Under the pieces are notes generated by a model. The model ran no database searches and was not told the origin of the DNA. It worked only from the letters and a program-made list of their open reading frames with translations. From a virus (taxonomy: Duplodnaviria > Caudoviricetes), in the IMG/VR virus record IMGVR_UViG_3300025168_000089, positions 1 to 61,151 of that record: DNA of 61,151 nucleotides; one strand, given 5' to 3'. Positions within the stretch are counted from its first letter, which is position 1, and every line of letters starts with the position of its first letter. Both the position numbers and the translations under genes were made by a program. Positions 10,283 to 20,173 of this stretch are shown piece by piece.

Positions 10283-10705
10283 ATGGCAATAAGTCAAGCA
10301 ATATGTACTGTCTTTAAAGCTGATTTAATGAATACTGCATCTAATTTAGAAGCAAATACTCTTAAAATGGCTTTATATACATCAAGTGCAACACTATCTC
10401 AAACTACGACAGCATATTCTGCTACTAATGAAGTACCTAATTCAGGAACTTATACAGCGGGCGGAAAAACTTTAACTACTGTAGGAATTTCAGTTGTGGG
10501 TAATACTGCAATTTTTGATTGTGATAACGTTACTTTTACAAGTGCAACTATTTCTGCACAAGCAGCAGTTATTTATAATAACTCTTTAGCTAACGCAGCA
10601 ATATGTGTATTAGATTTTAACTCAGTTAAATCATCATCTAGTGGAACATTTGAAGTTCAAATACCAACTCCAGATGCAACTGATGGGTTAATTAGAATAC
10701 AATAA
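10283..10705 (+). CDS. tail structural protein
   Basis: MAISQAICTVFK, KMALYTSSATL, YTAGGKTL, AICVLDF motifs. Confidence 0.7.
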   Translation: MAISQAICTVFKADLMNTASNLEANTLKMALYTSSATLSQTTTAYSATNEVPNSGTYTAGGKTLTTVGISVVGNTAIFDCDNVTFTSATISAQAAVIYNNSLANAAICVLDFNSVKSSSSGTFEVQIPTPDATDGLIRIQ

Positions 10706-11500
10706 ATGTCATTTATTTTAAATGATAGAGTAAAAGAAATTACTACAACTAGTGGTAATGGAGTTATTACATTAGGTGGAGTTGTAACAGGTTTTGAAAG
10801 TTTTGGTACAGGAATAGGTAATAGTAATTCTACTTATTATGCTATTATTCATCAAACAGCTAATGAATGGGAAGTGGGTATAGGAGACCTTAATGGCTCT
10901 AGTACTACTCTTACACGTACTACTGTTATAACGAGTTCTAATAGTGACGCAGCAGTTAGTTTTAGTACGGGAACAAAAGATGTATTTTGTACTTTACCTG
11001 CAAGTAAAACTACAGATATGGTTTTAACTACATCTGGGGATACATTATATGCGTCTTCAGATAATACACCAGCAAGATTAGCAAAAGGAAGTTCTCTTCA
11101 AGTTTTACAAACTAATTCAGGAGCAACAGCTCCAGAATGGGCAGCATCTCCTCAATCTGTTATGACAGCAGCAGGAGATATTTTATATGCTTCTGGAGCT
11201 AACACACTGGCGAAATTAGCAAAAGGAAGTGATACTGAAGTATTAACATTAGCTTCAGGAATTCCTTCATGGGCTGCACCCACAACAGGAGATATTACAG
11301 GGGTTACAGCAGGAACAGGATTAAGTGGAGGCGGAACATCGGGAGATGTAACTTTAAATATAGCAGCTACAGCAGTCTCAGCTGGATCATACACAAATTC
11401 AAGCATCACAGTTGATGCACAAGGAAGATTAACAGCAGCATCATCAGGAACTGCTGGTGCAACAAATGGTTTTGCAATAGCCATGGCGATTGCGTTATAG
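10706..11500 (+). CDS. tail fibre protein
   Basis: LNDRVKE start, repeated GDxLYAS..LAKG units, GDITGVTAGTGLSGGG, YTNSSITVDAQGR. Confidence 0.8.
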   Translation: MSFILNDRVKEITTTSGNGVITLGGVVTGFESFGTGIGNSNSTYYAIIHQTANEWEVGIGDLNGSSTTLTRTTVITSSNSDAAVSFSTGTKDVFCTLPASKTTDMVLTTSGDTLYASSDNTPARLAKGSSLQVLQTNSGATAPEWAASPQSVMTAAGDILYASGANTLAKLAKGSDTEVLTLASGIPSWAAPTTGDITGVTAGTGLSGGGTSGDVTLNIAATAVSAGSYTNSSITVDAQGRLTAASSGTAGATNGFAIAMAIAL

Positions 11501-11514
11501 TATAAGGATAATAT

Positions 11515-11841
11515 ATGGCTCAAAATTTTAGAAGATATACATCAAATGCAGTAGGCACAAGTCCAGCAACACTACATACAGCGAATTCTTACGACACGAT
11601 TGTAGGTATTTCGGTATCAAATATTTTAGGATCTACGATTCTCGTAGATGTTTATATTAATGATGGAAGTAATGACATCTATCTCGTAAAAACAGCGCCC
11701 ATCCCTAGTGGTGGAGCGTTACAGGTTTTGGCAGGAGGTGCTAAATTCGTAATGCAAAATTTAGATATTATTAAAGTTGTATCAGATACGGCGAGTTCTG
11801 CAGATGTGTGGGTTTCGGCGGTAGATGCAATAAGCACATAA
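11515..11841 (+). CDS. tail-fibre module structural protein
   Basis: 108 aa beta-rich ORF with SD in fibre cluster. Confidence 0.65.
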   Translation: MAQNFRRYTSNAVGTSPATLHTANSYDTIVGISVSNILGSTILVDVYINDGSNDIYLVKTAPIPSGGALQVLAGGAKFVMQNLDIIKVVSDTASSADVWVSAVDAIST

Positions 11842-11850
11842 GGAGTTTGA

Positions 11851-12993
11851 ATGCCCTATATAGGTAATCCTCCAGCAGAAAAGTACGCATCTTTCGAAGT
11901 TCAACACTTCACAACAAGTGCAACAACTTCTTATACATTAACACATGCAGTAGCTAATGAACTAGACATCCGTCTCGTTATTAATAATGTTATTCAACAA
12001 CCCGGCGGTTCGTATTCTTACACAGCGGCAGGAACAACTTTAACTCTTTCAGTAGCAACAACGGGTACAGACACAATGTACGCAGTGTATATTGGAAAAG
12101 CAGTTCAAACTGTAACACCACCTGATGGATCAGTAAGTGAGTCAAAATTACAAGTATCAAATTCACCAACTAATGGTTACGTACTCAGTGCCCAGTCAGC
12201 AGCTTCAGGCGGTCTTACATGGGCGGCAGATGCAGCAGGCACAATTACAGCATTCACTAACGGTGTAGACAATAGAGTAGTCACAGCGACCTCTGCTACG
12301 GCGTTAAATGGTGAAGCTAACCTTACTTTTGATGGAACAACATTTCAAGTTTCTAATTCTTCGGCTAGTTCTGATATGGCAAATATTCAAACTACAGCAG
12401 ATGGAATAGTTGCTTTAGGTTTAGAGAAATCCGATTATAAAGTGCAATTAGGATTAGACCATAATAATGATGGCTCTAAAAACTTTTTTATAAGAGAAAG
12501 AACTAAAGACGGAGTCACTACAAATTCTCTTAGACTAATAATTGACGAAGCTGGAGAAGTAACCAAACCACTACAACCAGCTTTTAAAATAACACAAACA
12601 GGTGCTTTAAGTGTAGCAGATGGACACACTTTATTTTCAACTAATACAACCGAAGTACAAGATATTGGCTCAAATTGGGCGAGTGGAACATTCACAGCGC
12701 CAGTAGATGGTTGGTATTATTTTTCAGCATCTATTACATACGAAAGCATAGGTAGTGGAGATACAGATACCGTACAAGATAATTTCATGATAAGTAATCA
12801 ATATGAAATTCTAGCTAGATATGGAAAATTAGATAATGCTTTTTCATCAGGTGGTTATGCTATATCGCACGATGCAACCATAACTTATATGGATGCAAAC
12901 GATACTTGTTATTGTAATCATACTGATGGAGGTACTTTAGCAGTACACGCCAATGCACATGCTTCACATTTTGAAGGATATTTACTAGGATAA
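11851..12993 (+). CDS. tail fibre with C1q-like tip
   Basis: MPYIGNPP start; C-terminal GTFTAPVDGWYYFSA...HFEGYLLG. Confidence 0.8.
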   Translation: MPYIGNPPAEKYASFEVQHFTTSATTSYTLTHAVANELDIRLVINNVIQQPGGSYSYTAAGTTLTLSVATTGTDTMYAVYIGKAVQTVTPPDGSVSESKLQVSNSPTNGYVLSAQSAASGGLTWAADAAGTITAFTNGVDNRVVTATSATALNGEANLTFDGTTFQVSNSSASSDMANIQTTADGIVALGLEKSDYKVQLGLDHNNDGSKNFFIRERTKDGVTTNSLRLIIDEAGEVTKPLQPAFKITQTGALSVADGHTLFSTNTTEVQDIGSNWASGTFTAPVDGWYYFSASITYESIGSGDTDTVQDNFMISNQYEILARYGKLDNAFSSGGYAISHDATITYMDANDTCYCNHTDGGTLAVHANAHASHFEGYLLG

Positions 12994-13029
12994 GCCAAAT
13001 GAAACAATTTAACATAAAGGAGTTATAAA

Positions 13030-13335
13030 ATGGCAAAGACAATTACAATCAATATATCTGATATTGATGAAAAAATATTATACGATAATTTATTATCAAC
13101 TGTTACCAAAGATGGAGTTGATAATGAAGGAATTAAAGATTGGCACGAACAAGCAAGTGCTGGAAAATTAAATAATTGTTGGAAACGCTTTAGACAAGAG
13201 TGGACAACAAAACTAATGGATGATGCTTCATTCACAGATTCTATTCCAAGTAACAAAGAAGCTTTTGTTAATCTTGTTCTAGCTCGTGATGATTATAAAG
13301 ACAGAGCAACAAGAGATGCAGAGGCACAAGGATAA
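13030..13335 (+). CDS. small fibre-associated protein
   Basis: 101 aa with AAGGAG SD directly after a fibre gene. Confidence 0.65.
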   Translation: MAKTITINISDIDEKILYDNLLSTVTKDGVDNEGIKDWHEQASAGKLNNCWKRFRQEWTTKLMDDASFTDSIPSNKEAFVNLVLARDDYKDRATRDAEAQG

Positions 13336-13338
13336 TAA

Positions 13339-14211
13339 ATGGCAACAAGTAAAATACCTTTAGTACCAGGAACAAAGACTCTCGCAAGAGGATCTGTAGT
13401 TATAGGAAATGCAAGTGGCGAACCGTCAGCTTTAGCTATTGGTTCTAATACTTATGTATTAAAATCTGATGGCACGGATATTTCTTGGGGTGCGGATGCA
13501 GCAGGAACAGTTACAGGATATACAAACGGAGTAGACGACAGGGTTATAACATCAAGTGGTGCTACGACATTAAATGGTGAAGCTACTTTTACATATAGTG
13601 GAAGTCAGTTACTTGTAGATACTGGCGATAGTGCATCAAATGACGCAGTAAAAATAATTCATAGAGGTGGTTATAGAGGAGTAATGATTCAATCAGATTC
13701 TACTAATGATGGCACATCTAGTTTATATGTTAATGCAATAGGAACAGGCGATAGTGTAATAGGATTATTAAATGACACATCTACACAATGGATAATAAAA
13801 AATGATATAAGTGATTCACAAAGATTTTATATAACAGATGGTGATGGCGATGGTGTTTATATGAATCAAAATGCCACCTCTTGGACAGGAACATCAGACG
13901 AAAGAGTAAAAACTGATTGGAATAATATTATAAATGCAGTTGATAAAATAGACACATTAACTAAAATTGGAAAATTTAAAAGAAAAAAATATGATAAAGA
14001 AAACAACACAATTTCAACATATATTGATGAAGATAAAAAAAATAAAATACATTTAGGAGTATCAGCACAAGAAATTGAAGCAATATTACCAGAAGCAGTA
14101 ACAGAAGATGCTAATGGTATTAAGGGTTTATCATATACTAATTTAGTTCCTTTATTATTAAAAGCAGTACAAGAATTATCAGCTAAAGTAACAGCATTGG
14201 AGAATAAATAA
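13339..14211 (+). CDS. tail fibre with intramolecular chaperone (peptidase S74) domain
   Basis: SDERVK cleavage motif, GVSAQEIEAILPEAV, LVPLLLKAVQELSAKVTALE coiled coil. Confidence 0.85.
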   Translation: MATSKIPLVPGTKTLARGSVVIGNASGEPSALAIGSNTYVLKSDGTDISWGADAAGTVTGYTNGVDDRVITSSGATTLNGEATFTYSGSQLLVDTGDSASNDAVKIIHRGGYRGVMIQSDSTNDGTSSLYVNAIGTGDSVIGLLNDTSTQWIIKNDISDSQRFYITDGDGDGVYMNQNATSWTGTSDERVKTDWNNIINAVDKIDTLTKIGKFKRKKYDKENNTISTYIDEDKKNKIHLGVSAQEIEAILPEAVTEDANGIKGLSYTNLVPLLLKAVQELSAKVTALENK

Positions 14212-14660
14212 TGCCATACGTAGGAAGAGATTTAAGTATAGGGGATCGTAAGATTCTTTCGGTGAGCGGATCAACACCCGCAACGACCTATACACTTCAA
14301 AATGCTTCGGTGGATTATTATCCTTCCGCAGCGCAAAATATAATCGTATCGGTTGGAGGAGTAATCCAAGCGCCAATAACATCATACACAATTACAGGAG
14401 CCACGATTGATTTCTTAGGAGTCTCGGTTGCCGCAGCGAATATCGATTTCATTGTAGCGATGGGCGAGAATGTTGATGTGGGAACACCAAGTGATGGAAC
14501 CATATCAGCGGCAAAATTATCCTCGACTTTTTACACAGAAAACCCTATAACTTATAGTGATATAACAGTTTCTGCTAGCTCTAATGCGATGGCGGCAGGT
14601 CCTGTGACTATTACGGGAACATTAACAATTCCTTCGGGATCAACTTTTGTGGTAGTATAA
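14211..14660 (+). CDS. tail fibre-like protein (N-terminus paralogous to 11851)
   Basis: MPYVGR start, VSVGGVIQAP..SYTITG. Confidence 0.7.
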   Translation: MPYVGRDLSIGDRKILSVSGSTPATTYTLQNASVDYYPSAAQNIIVSVGGVIQAPITSYTITGATIDFLGVSVAAANIDFIVAMGENVDVGTPSDGTISAAKLSSTFYTENPITYSDITVSASSNAMAAGPVTITGTLTIPSGSTFVVV

Positions 14661-15329
14661 ATGAGTAAAGTAAATGTAAATACAATAGAGCCTAGCACGG
14701 GTACAACAGTTACCCTCGGTGCTTCAGGTGATACCATAAGCATACCTTCAGGGGTAACGCTTTCAGGTGCAGGAACAATCACACCATCAGCGGCTAATTT
14801 AGCGGCTTCAGGTGCGGGAGGCGTGACAGGAAATCTTCCAGTAGCAAATCTTAATTCAGGGACATCGGCTAGTTCGAGTACGTTCTGGAGAGGTGATGGA
14901 ACTTGGGCTGCGGCAGGTGGAACTAATAGTGGAAAATTTATGGTTTATGATGCTGCTGTTACTGTGACAAACGCAACTGCTACAATCCTAACTGGATGGT
15001 CTGAAACTTATGATGTAGATAATTATTTTGCTAGTGATAAATATACTCCAACTGTTGCAGGATATTATTATCTTGCCGCAACTGCTCGTGCAGATAATCC
15101 AGGAGTAACTGCAAGATTTAATATAGGTACTCGTAAAAATGGTGCGGCTTTACCTTTAGGTGGCTATGATGCTGAAACAAATATAGTATCCGCTAGTTAT
15201 CCAACTGTTAACTGTAGTGCCATAGTTTATGCAAACGGAACAGATTATTTTGAGGTATCAATTTATCAAAATACAGGTGGCTCACATGTCTTTTTTGATG
15301 TTGGTTTTTTTGGATTTAAATTAATATGA
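14661..15329 (+). CDS. tail fibre with C1q-like tip
   Basis: [13 protein letters not shown]...TDYFEV...FFGFKLI. Confidence 0.75.
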   Translation: MSKVNVNTIEPSTGTTVTLGASGDTISIPSGVTLSGAGTITPSAANLAASGAGGVTGNLPVANLNSGTSASSSTFWRGDGTWAAAGGTNSGKFMVYDAAVTVTNATATILTGWSETYDVDNYFASDKYTPTVAGYYYLAATARADNPGVTARFNIGTRKNGAALPLGGYDAETNIVSASYPTVNCSAIVYANGTDYFEVSIYQNTGGSHVFFDVGFFGFKLI

Positions 15330-15353
15330 TAACAATTTTAAAAGGAGGTCTAT

Positions 15354-15683
15354 ATGGCACAATTATCAACTAAGGTAAAAGCGTATGTGGAAGCAGCAGG
15401 TAAGACTGTTGACTTTCAAAAAGACGTTCTCCTTCAGGATGACTCGCAAGGGGCAGGACCGTACATTAAGGAATGGAATATCGCAGGGCTAGCACAGCCT
15501 AGTGATGCCGATCTTGCCGTGCACGATGCCTCTGGAGATACAACTGAAGCGAACAACGTTGTGAGAAAAACACGCAAAACAGCTTATGGTGATATTGGCG
15601 ATCAGCTAGACGAGATTTACAAGGACATTGATTCTTGGAAGGCTCGTATCAAAGCGATCAAAGATGCAAACCCTAAGAGTTAA
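15354..15683 (+). CDS. tail fibre assembly chaperone-like protein
   Basis: YIKEWN, RKTAYGDIGDQLDEIY...IKDANPK; AAGGAGG SD. Confidence 0.7.
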   Translation: MAQLSTKVKAYVEAAGKTVDFQKDVLLQDDSQGAGPYIKEWNIAGLAQPSDADLAVHDASGDTTEANNVVRKTRKTAYGDIGDQLDEIYKDIDSWKARIKAIKDANPKS

Positions 15684-15693
15684 GGAGTAAAAA

Positions 15694-16890
15694 GTGAGTA
15701 AAATATTTGTCGATCAGGTAGATCCAAAAACAGCAACCACGCTAACGCTTGGAACATCGGGTGATACGGTAAGCATACCTTCGGGTGTGACGATTGCCAA
15801 TAGTGGATCAGCAACTGGTTTTGGAGATGCTACTAATTTTAGACCTAATGTAAATCCATTAATTATCAATGGTAATATGGAATTATCACAAAGAGGAACT
15901 TCTTTTACTTCAAATGGTTATACTCTTGATAGATGGACTATGGATGAAAGTACAGACGGTGCAGTGACAGTTACACAAGATACTGATGTTCCAAGTGGTT
16001 ATGGTTTTGCCAACTCTTTGAAGATTGATTGTACAACAGCAGATGCTTCAATAGGAGCTGCTCAATATGCGGCTATGGTAATGTTTTTTGAAGGTCAAGA
16101 TTTACAATTATTAAAATACGGAACATCCTCTGCTGAAAATTTAACTTTATCTTTTTGGGTTAAAGCAGTTAAAACAGGAACTTATTGTATTCGTTTTGTT
16201 AAACACGCAGGAAGTGGAACACGATATGAAACGCCAATAGAATACACAATTTCATCAGGCAGTACATGGGAGAAAAAAGTTATAAATTTATCTCCAACAG
16301 CGGGAAGCACTTCTTTAATAACAGGTGAAGCAGGAGCTATTGCTAATAACAATTCTTCTGGTTTTAGAATTGGTTTTACTTTAGCAGCAGGAAGTGATTT
16401 TCATGCAACCAATGATACTTGGGTAGCTGGAAGTAATAAAATGTCAACTTCAAATCAAGTTAATGGGTTAGATAGCACATCAAATAATTTTTGGCTGACT
16501 GGCGTTCAACTAGAAGTAAGCGAATACACATCAGCAACTCTACCACCTTTTCAACATGAAAGTTATGGAGATAATTTATTTAGGTGTCAAAGATATTATC
16601 AATTAGTACAAAATTGGAATGGTGGCGTAGTTAATGCTTCAACAGCTTATATTAATGCACAATTTTGGTGTACAATGAGAACAACGCCATCAGTTACAAC
16701 AACTGGTGCATTAAATGGAAATGATATAGATGGTAACCGAGATCAAAGTAGTGGTCAAGTAACCTTACATGGTGCAAATGAAAATGGTTTTTGGGGTGGT
16801 GTAGGAAACTGGAGTAGCTTAACTACAAACAATCCTTTTAATAGTAGATTTCAAAACACTAACAAACTAGCCTTTAGTTCGGAGTTATAA
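15694..16890 (+). CDS. tail fibre with carbohydrate-binding-like domain
   Basis: IINGNMELSQRG, YTLDRW, LTLSFWVKA, TGVQLE, CQRYYQ. Confidence 0.8.
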   Translation: MSKIFVDQVDPKTATTLTLGTSGDTVSIPSGVTIANSGSATGFGDATNFRPNVNPLIINGNMELSQRGTSFTSNGYTLDRWTMDESTDGAVTVTQDTDVPSGYGFANSLKIDCTTADASIGAAQYAAMVMFFEGQDLQLLKYGTSSAENLTLSFWVKAVKTGTYCIRFVKHAGSGTRYETPIEYTISSGSTWEKKVINLSPTAGSTSLITGEAGAIANNNSSGFRIGFTLAAGSDFHATNDTWVAGSNKMSTSNQVNGLDSTSNNFWLTGVQLEVSEYTSATLPPFQHESYGDNLFRCQRYYQLVQNWNGGVVNASTAYINAQFWCTMRTTPSVTTTGALNGNDIDGNRDQSSGQVTLHGANENGFWGGVGNWSSLTTNNPFNSRFQNTNKLAFSSEL

Positions 16891-17057
16891 TGATACAGAC
16901 AGTAAAAAAATGTTTATTTAAAAATGAATTATGTTCATATGAAATTACTACAACTGATAATAAAAAACTATCCGTTCCTTTAGTAGAAGAAAACACAGAC
17001 TATCAAGAAATTCAAGAATGGGTAGCAGATGGTAACACGATTGAGGAGGCAGATTAA
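16890..17057 (+). CDS. small fibre chaperone-like protein (55 aa, not in ORF track)
   Basis: Own translation ends VPLVEENTDYQEIQEWVADGNTIEEAD; coupled both sides. Confidence 0.75.
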   Translation: MIQTVKKCLFKNELCSYEITTTDNKKLSVPLVEENTDYQEIQEWVADGNTIEEAD

Positions 17058-17752
17058 TGGCTAGCACGATACAAGTAGATAAGATACAGGATCAAGGTGG
17101 TAACACCATAGTAGAATCTAATGGAAGTGGCGTAGCTACAACCATAATTCCTACAACCTATTTAGGATCAGGAACTGCAAGCTCAAGTACATTCTTGAGG
17201 GGTGACCAAACGTATGCTGCAGTTGCAGCAGGTGGTTATGCTTTTATTTCTAAATCAACTATTGGTGCAGATACTGCAACACTAGAAATTACAGGTTTAG
17301 GTACAACTTATGAATCATATAGATTTATAATTAATGGTTTATATACAGATAGTGGTAGTAATCCAAGATTACTATTTCAAACTGGAGATTCAGGAGGTTA
17401 TGAAACAGGAAGTAATTATCATTCTGGTCATGTTTATCTAACAACAGAAAGTAGTGCAGGTGGAGGATATGAACAATTAACTGATACAGGATTTAGATTA
17501 TGTGACGCAATAGGAACTAACACAAATGGAGAACTAAGTGGTTGGTTTGATATTTATAATCATTCTACATCTGGAAAGAAAAAAAGAATAAACTTTCATT
17601 TTCAACACAGAAGAAGTGCTGGTGGAGTATATGATAAAATTGGTGGTGGTACAATTGCTGTAGAAACTGCTGAAGATAGAATAAAATTTTATTTAGATAC
17701 TGGCGAAATGGAAGGGGGCACAGTGTATGCCTACGGAATGGTACAGGCTTAA
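17057..17752 (+). CDS. tail fibre protein
   Basis: MASTIQVDKIQ, GSGTASSSTFLRGD, C-terminal GTVYAYG. Confidence 0.75.
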   Translation: MASTIQVDKIQDQGGNTIVESNGSGVATTIIPTTYLGSGTASSSTFLRGDQTYAAVAAGGYAFISKSTIGADTATLEITGLGTTYESYRFIINGLYTDSGSNPRLLFQTGDSGGYETGSNYHSGHVYLTTESSAGGGYEQLTDTGFRLCDAIGTNTNGELSGWFDIYNHSTSGKKKRINFHFQHRRSAGGVYDKIGGGTIAVETAEDRIKFYLDTGEMEGGTVYAYGMVQA

Positions 17753-17754
17753 TT

Positions 17755-18021
17755 ATGGTAAAAAAATATAAACAAATAGTTACCCCTGAAGGATCTACAA
17801 GAGTAGAAATTACAGGAGCAGAGTTGCAGGAAATTGAAAATAGAATAGCATCTAACAATAGTGCAGAAGCAACAACTTTAAAAAACAATGAACTCGTTGT
17901 TTTTAATAGACAAAAAGAATATGGCACTGTTGAGAAGCAAATAGAATTTATAACAGAAAAAGGTTTGGAAGCATGGAAAACAAATGTTCAAGCAATTAAA
18001 ACAAAGTATCCAAAGGAATAA
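17755..18021 (+). CDS. tail fibre assembly chaperone-like protein
   Basis: RQKEYGTVEKQIE...IKTKYPK, paralogous to C-terminus of 15354. Confidence 0.7.
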   Translation: MVKKYKQIVTPEGSTRVEITGAELQEIENRIASNNSAEATTLKNNELVVFNRQKEYGTVEKQIEFITEKGLEAWKTNVQAIKTKYPKE

Positions 18022-18024
18022 GAC

Positions 18025-18576
18025 ATGACACTAACAACAATTAACCTCGCAGCTTTAGGCGATACAGTAAATTTAACAACAGAGGTGACTGGTACCTTGC
18101 CTACGGGTAATGGTGGAACGGCAGCTACTACTCTGGCGGGTGCAGGACTGTCAAATACTCCAGCTTTTAATGTTTATAATAATGCAGCTCAATCATTAGC
18201 AAGTGCAACAGCTACAGAATTAGTTTGGAATATTGAAAATATAGATTCAGATGGAAAATTTGCAAGTAATAGGTTCACTCCTACAATAGCAGGAAATTAT
18301 GTAATTCACGCACAAATTGTAGTTGGAAATTTAGATAGTGGAGAACAAGTACGTATTTCACTTAGAAAAAATGGAAGTCAAATAACAAGTCCTTATCCTC
18401 AAACAGAAATGTTTACTTATGGAACTAATCAAGTTATTTATTCAATGGTAACACAAATTGTTACTTTAAACACTACAGATTATGTTTCAGCATTTGGTTA
18501 TCAAAATGAAGGATCAGCACAGGATTCAATAGCATCTGTAAATATGTTTTGGGGTTACAAACTAATAGGAGTATAA
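18025..18576 (+). CDS. tail fibre with C1q-like tip
   Basis: VTGTLPTGNGGT; SNRFTPTIAGNY...TDYVS...FWGYKLIG. Confidence 0.75.
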   Translation: MTLTTINLAALGDTVNLTTEVTGTLPTGNGGTAATTLAGAGLSNTPAFNVYNNAAQSLASATATELVWNIENIDSDGKFASNRFTPTIAGNYVIHAQIVVGNLDSGEQVRISLRKNGSQITSPYPQTEMFTYGTNQVIYSMVTQIVTLNTTDYVSAFGYQNEGSAQDSIASVNMFWGYKLIGV

Positions 18577-18635
18577 TAAATGGCTTTTGGTGCAGGAGAA
18601 ATTAATAAAATAACTTTCTTATATAAGGACGCTTA

Positions 18636-19370
18636 ATGTTTTTTGGCGCAACTCCTTTTTCTGAAGTTGCATTCAGTGAAGATCCATTTCATAATGCGAT
18701 TGTAGCTGTTTCAGGGCAACAAGCTACTATTACTATTGGAAATGTTACAGTAGGGGCTGGAATAGTAGTTATACCTAGTGCTCAATTATTAAATGCCACT
18801 CTTAATAGTGTAGCAGGAGTTACGGGAACTGCTTTATTTACTGCACCAGATCAACAATTAAATATAGGACAAGGAGACCCTAATATTGTTATAGATGGTC
18901 CTGTTTCAGCACAAGGTCAGCAATTAAATATAGCAGCATCCTCTACTTTTTCTGTTAATACAGGGCAAACAATAATTGCTTCAGGACAACAACTTTCAAC
19001 TGCAACTGGAAATGTATTAATTCATATTCCTACAAGTGTATTACTTAATGGACAACAATTAAATACTGGAGTTGGAAATGTAACAGTAGCAGGGGGAGTA
19101 TTATTAACTGCTATTGGAACACAAGCAACTATACGTGCAGGAAATGTTACTCAAGCTACTAATCAATTCATTACAGCAGGAAGTCAAAATTTAAGTGCAT
19201 TAACAGGAAATGTTACTATTAATCACGATCAAATACTGTCAATTTCTGGAATTTCTGCTAATATAAGAGTTGGTTCAGCAATTTTCTGGGATCCAGTTAT
19301 ACCGGGCGTGAGTAACTTATGGACGAATGTAAATGCGACAACCACTAATACGTGGACGAAAATAAATTAA
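18636..19370 (+). CDS. tail structural protein
   Basis: MFFGATPFSE start; repeated GQQL..GNV units. Confidence 0.65.
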   Translation: MFFGATPFSEVAFSEDPFHNAIVAVSGQQATITIGNVTVGAGIVVIPSAQLLNATLNSVAGVTGTALFTAPDQQLNIGQGDPNIVIDGPVSAQGQQLNIAASSTFSVNTGQTIIASGQQLSTATGNVLIHIPTSVLLNGQQLNTGVGNVTVAGGVLLTAIGTQATIRAGNVTQATNQFITAGSQNLSALTGNVTINHDQILSISGISANIRVGSAIFWDPVIPGVSNLWTNVNATTTNTWTKIN

Positions 19371-19382
19371 GGATAAATAACA

Positions 19383-20168
19383 ATGGCATCAACATATACT
19401 GCAAGACTAAAAATGGAAGTTATGGAAGCCGGTGCCAATTCTGGTACTTGGGGAAATAACACAAACGATAATTTAAAAGTAATAGACGCATCAGTCGGAG
19501 GATATTTAAGTAAATCAGTATCTGGAAGTGCTAATGTTACTTTAACTTCAGCGAATAGAGACCCTGATGTAGAAACAACGAATGAAGCTGGAAATGCAAT
19601 CATTGATTTTAATGGAACATTATCAGGTAATATTTATGTTTTTTTACCAGCGATTGAAAGAGAATATATACTTTATAATAATACTTCAGGAGCTTACACA
19701 TTACAAGTAGCACCGACTGGACATGCTGCAAATAATATAACTTTAACTCAAGGAGCGCATACTATTTCTTATATTCAAAATGGAAATAGTGTAAAAGATT
19801 TATTTGCTTCTTCTTTAGGCAATCTTTCAGTTTTAGGAACTGCTTCTGTAGGAGGAATTTCTACTTTAACGGGAAATGTCGCAATGTCAGCTAATGCAAC
19901 TGTTGGAGCTAAATTAACAGTAACAGGAGATATAATAGCTTCAGCGAATGCTAACGTAACGACTAATGTAAATGTTACTGGAAATATATCAGCACATACT
20001 ACTACTTCAAATGTTAATGTATCAAGTAAAACTTTAACTTTAGATGATGATCAAATAGCTTATGTTAAAGTAAATAATGCAGGTAAAAATGCATTAGGAG
20101 CAAGGACATTAAGTACTTCTGCACCAAGTGGTGGAGCTAGTGGTGATATTTGGTATAAATATTCTTAA
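19383..20168 (+). CDS. tail fibre/tail structural protein
   Basis: MASTYT..L....G.NSGTWGNNTN; C-terminal APSGGASGDIWYKY. Confidence 0.7.
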   Translation: MASTYTARLKMEVMEAGANSGTWGNNTNDNLKVIDASVGGYLSKSVSGSANVTLTSANRDPDVETTNEAGNAIIDFNGTLSGNIYVFLPAIEREYILYNNTSGAYTLQVAPTGHAANNITLTQGAHTISYIQNGNSVKDLFASSLGNLSVLGTASVGGISTLTGNVAMSANATVGAKLTVTGDIIASANANVTTNVNVTGNISAHTTTSNVNVSSKTLTLDDDQIAYVKVNNAGKNALGARTLSTSAPSGGASGDIWYKYS

Positions 20169-20173
20169 ATTAT

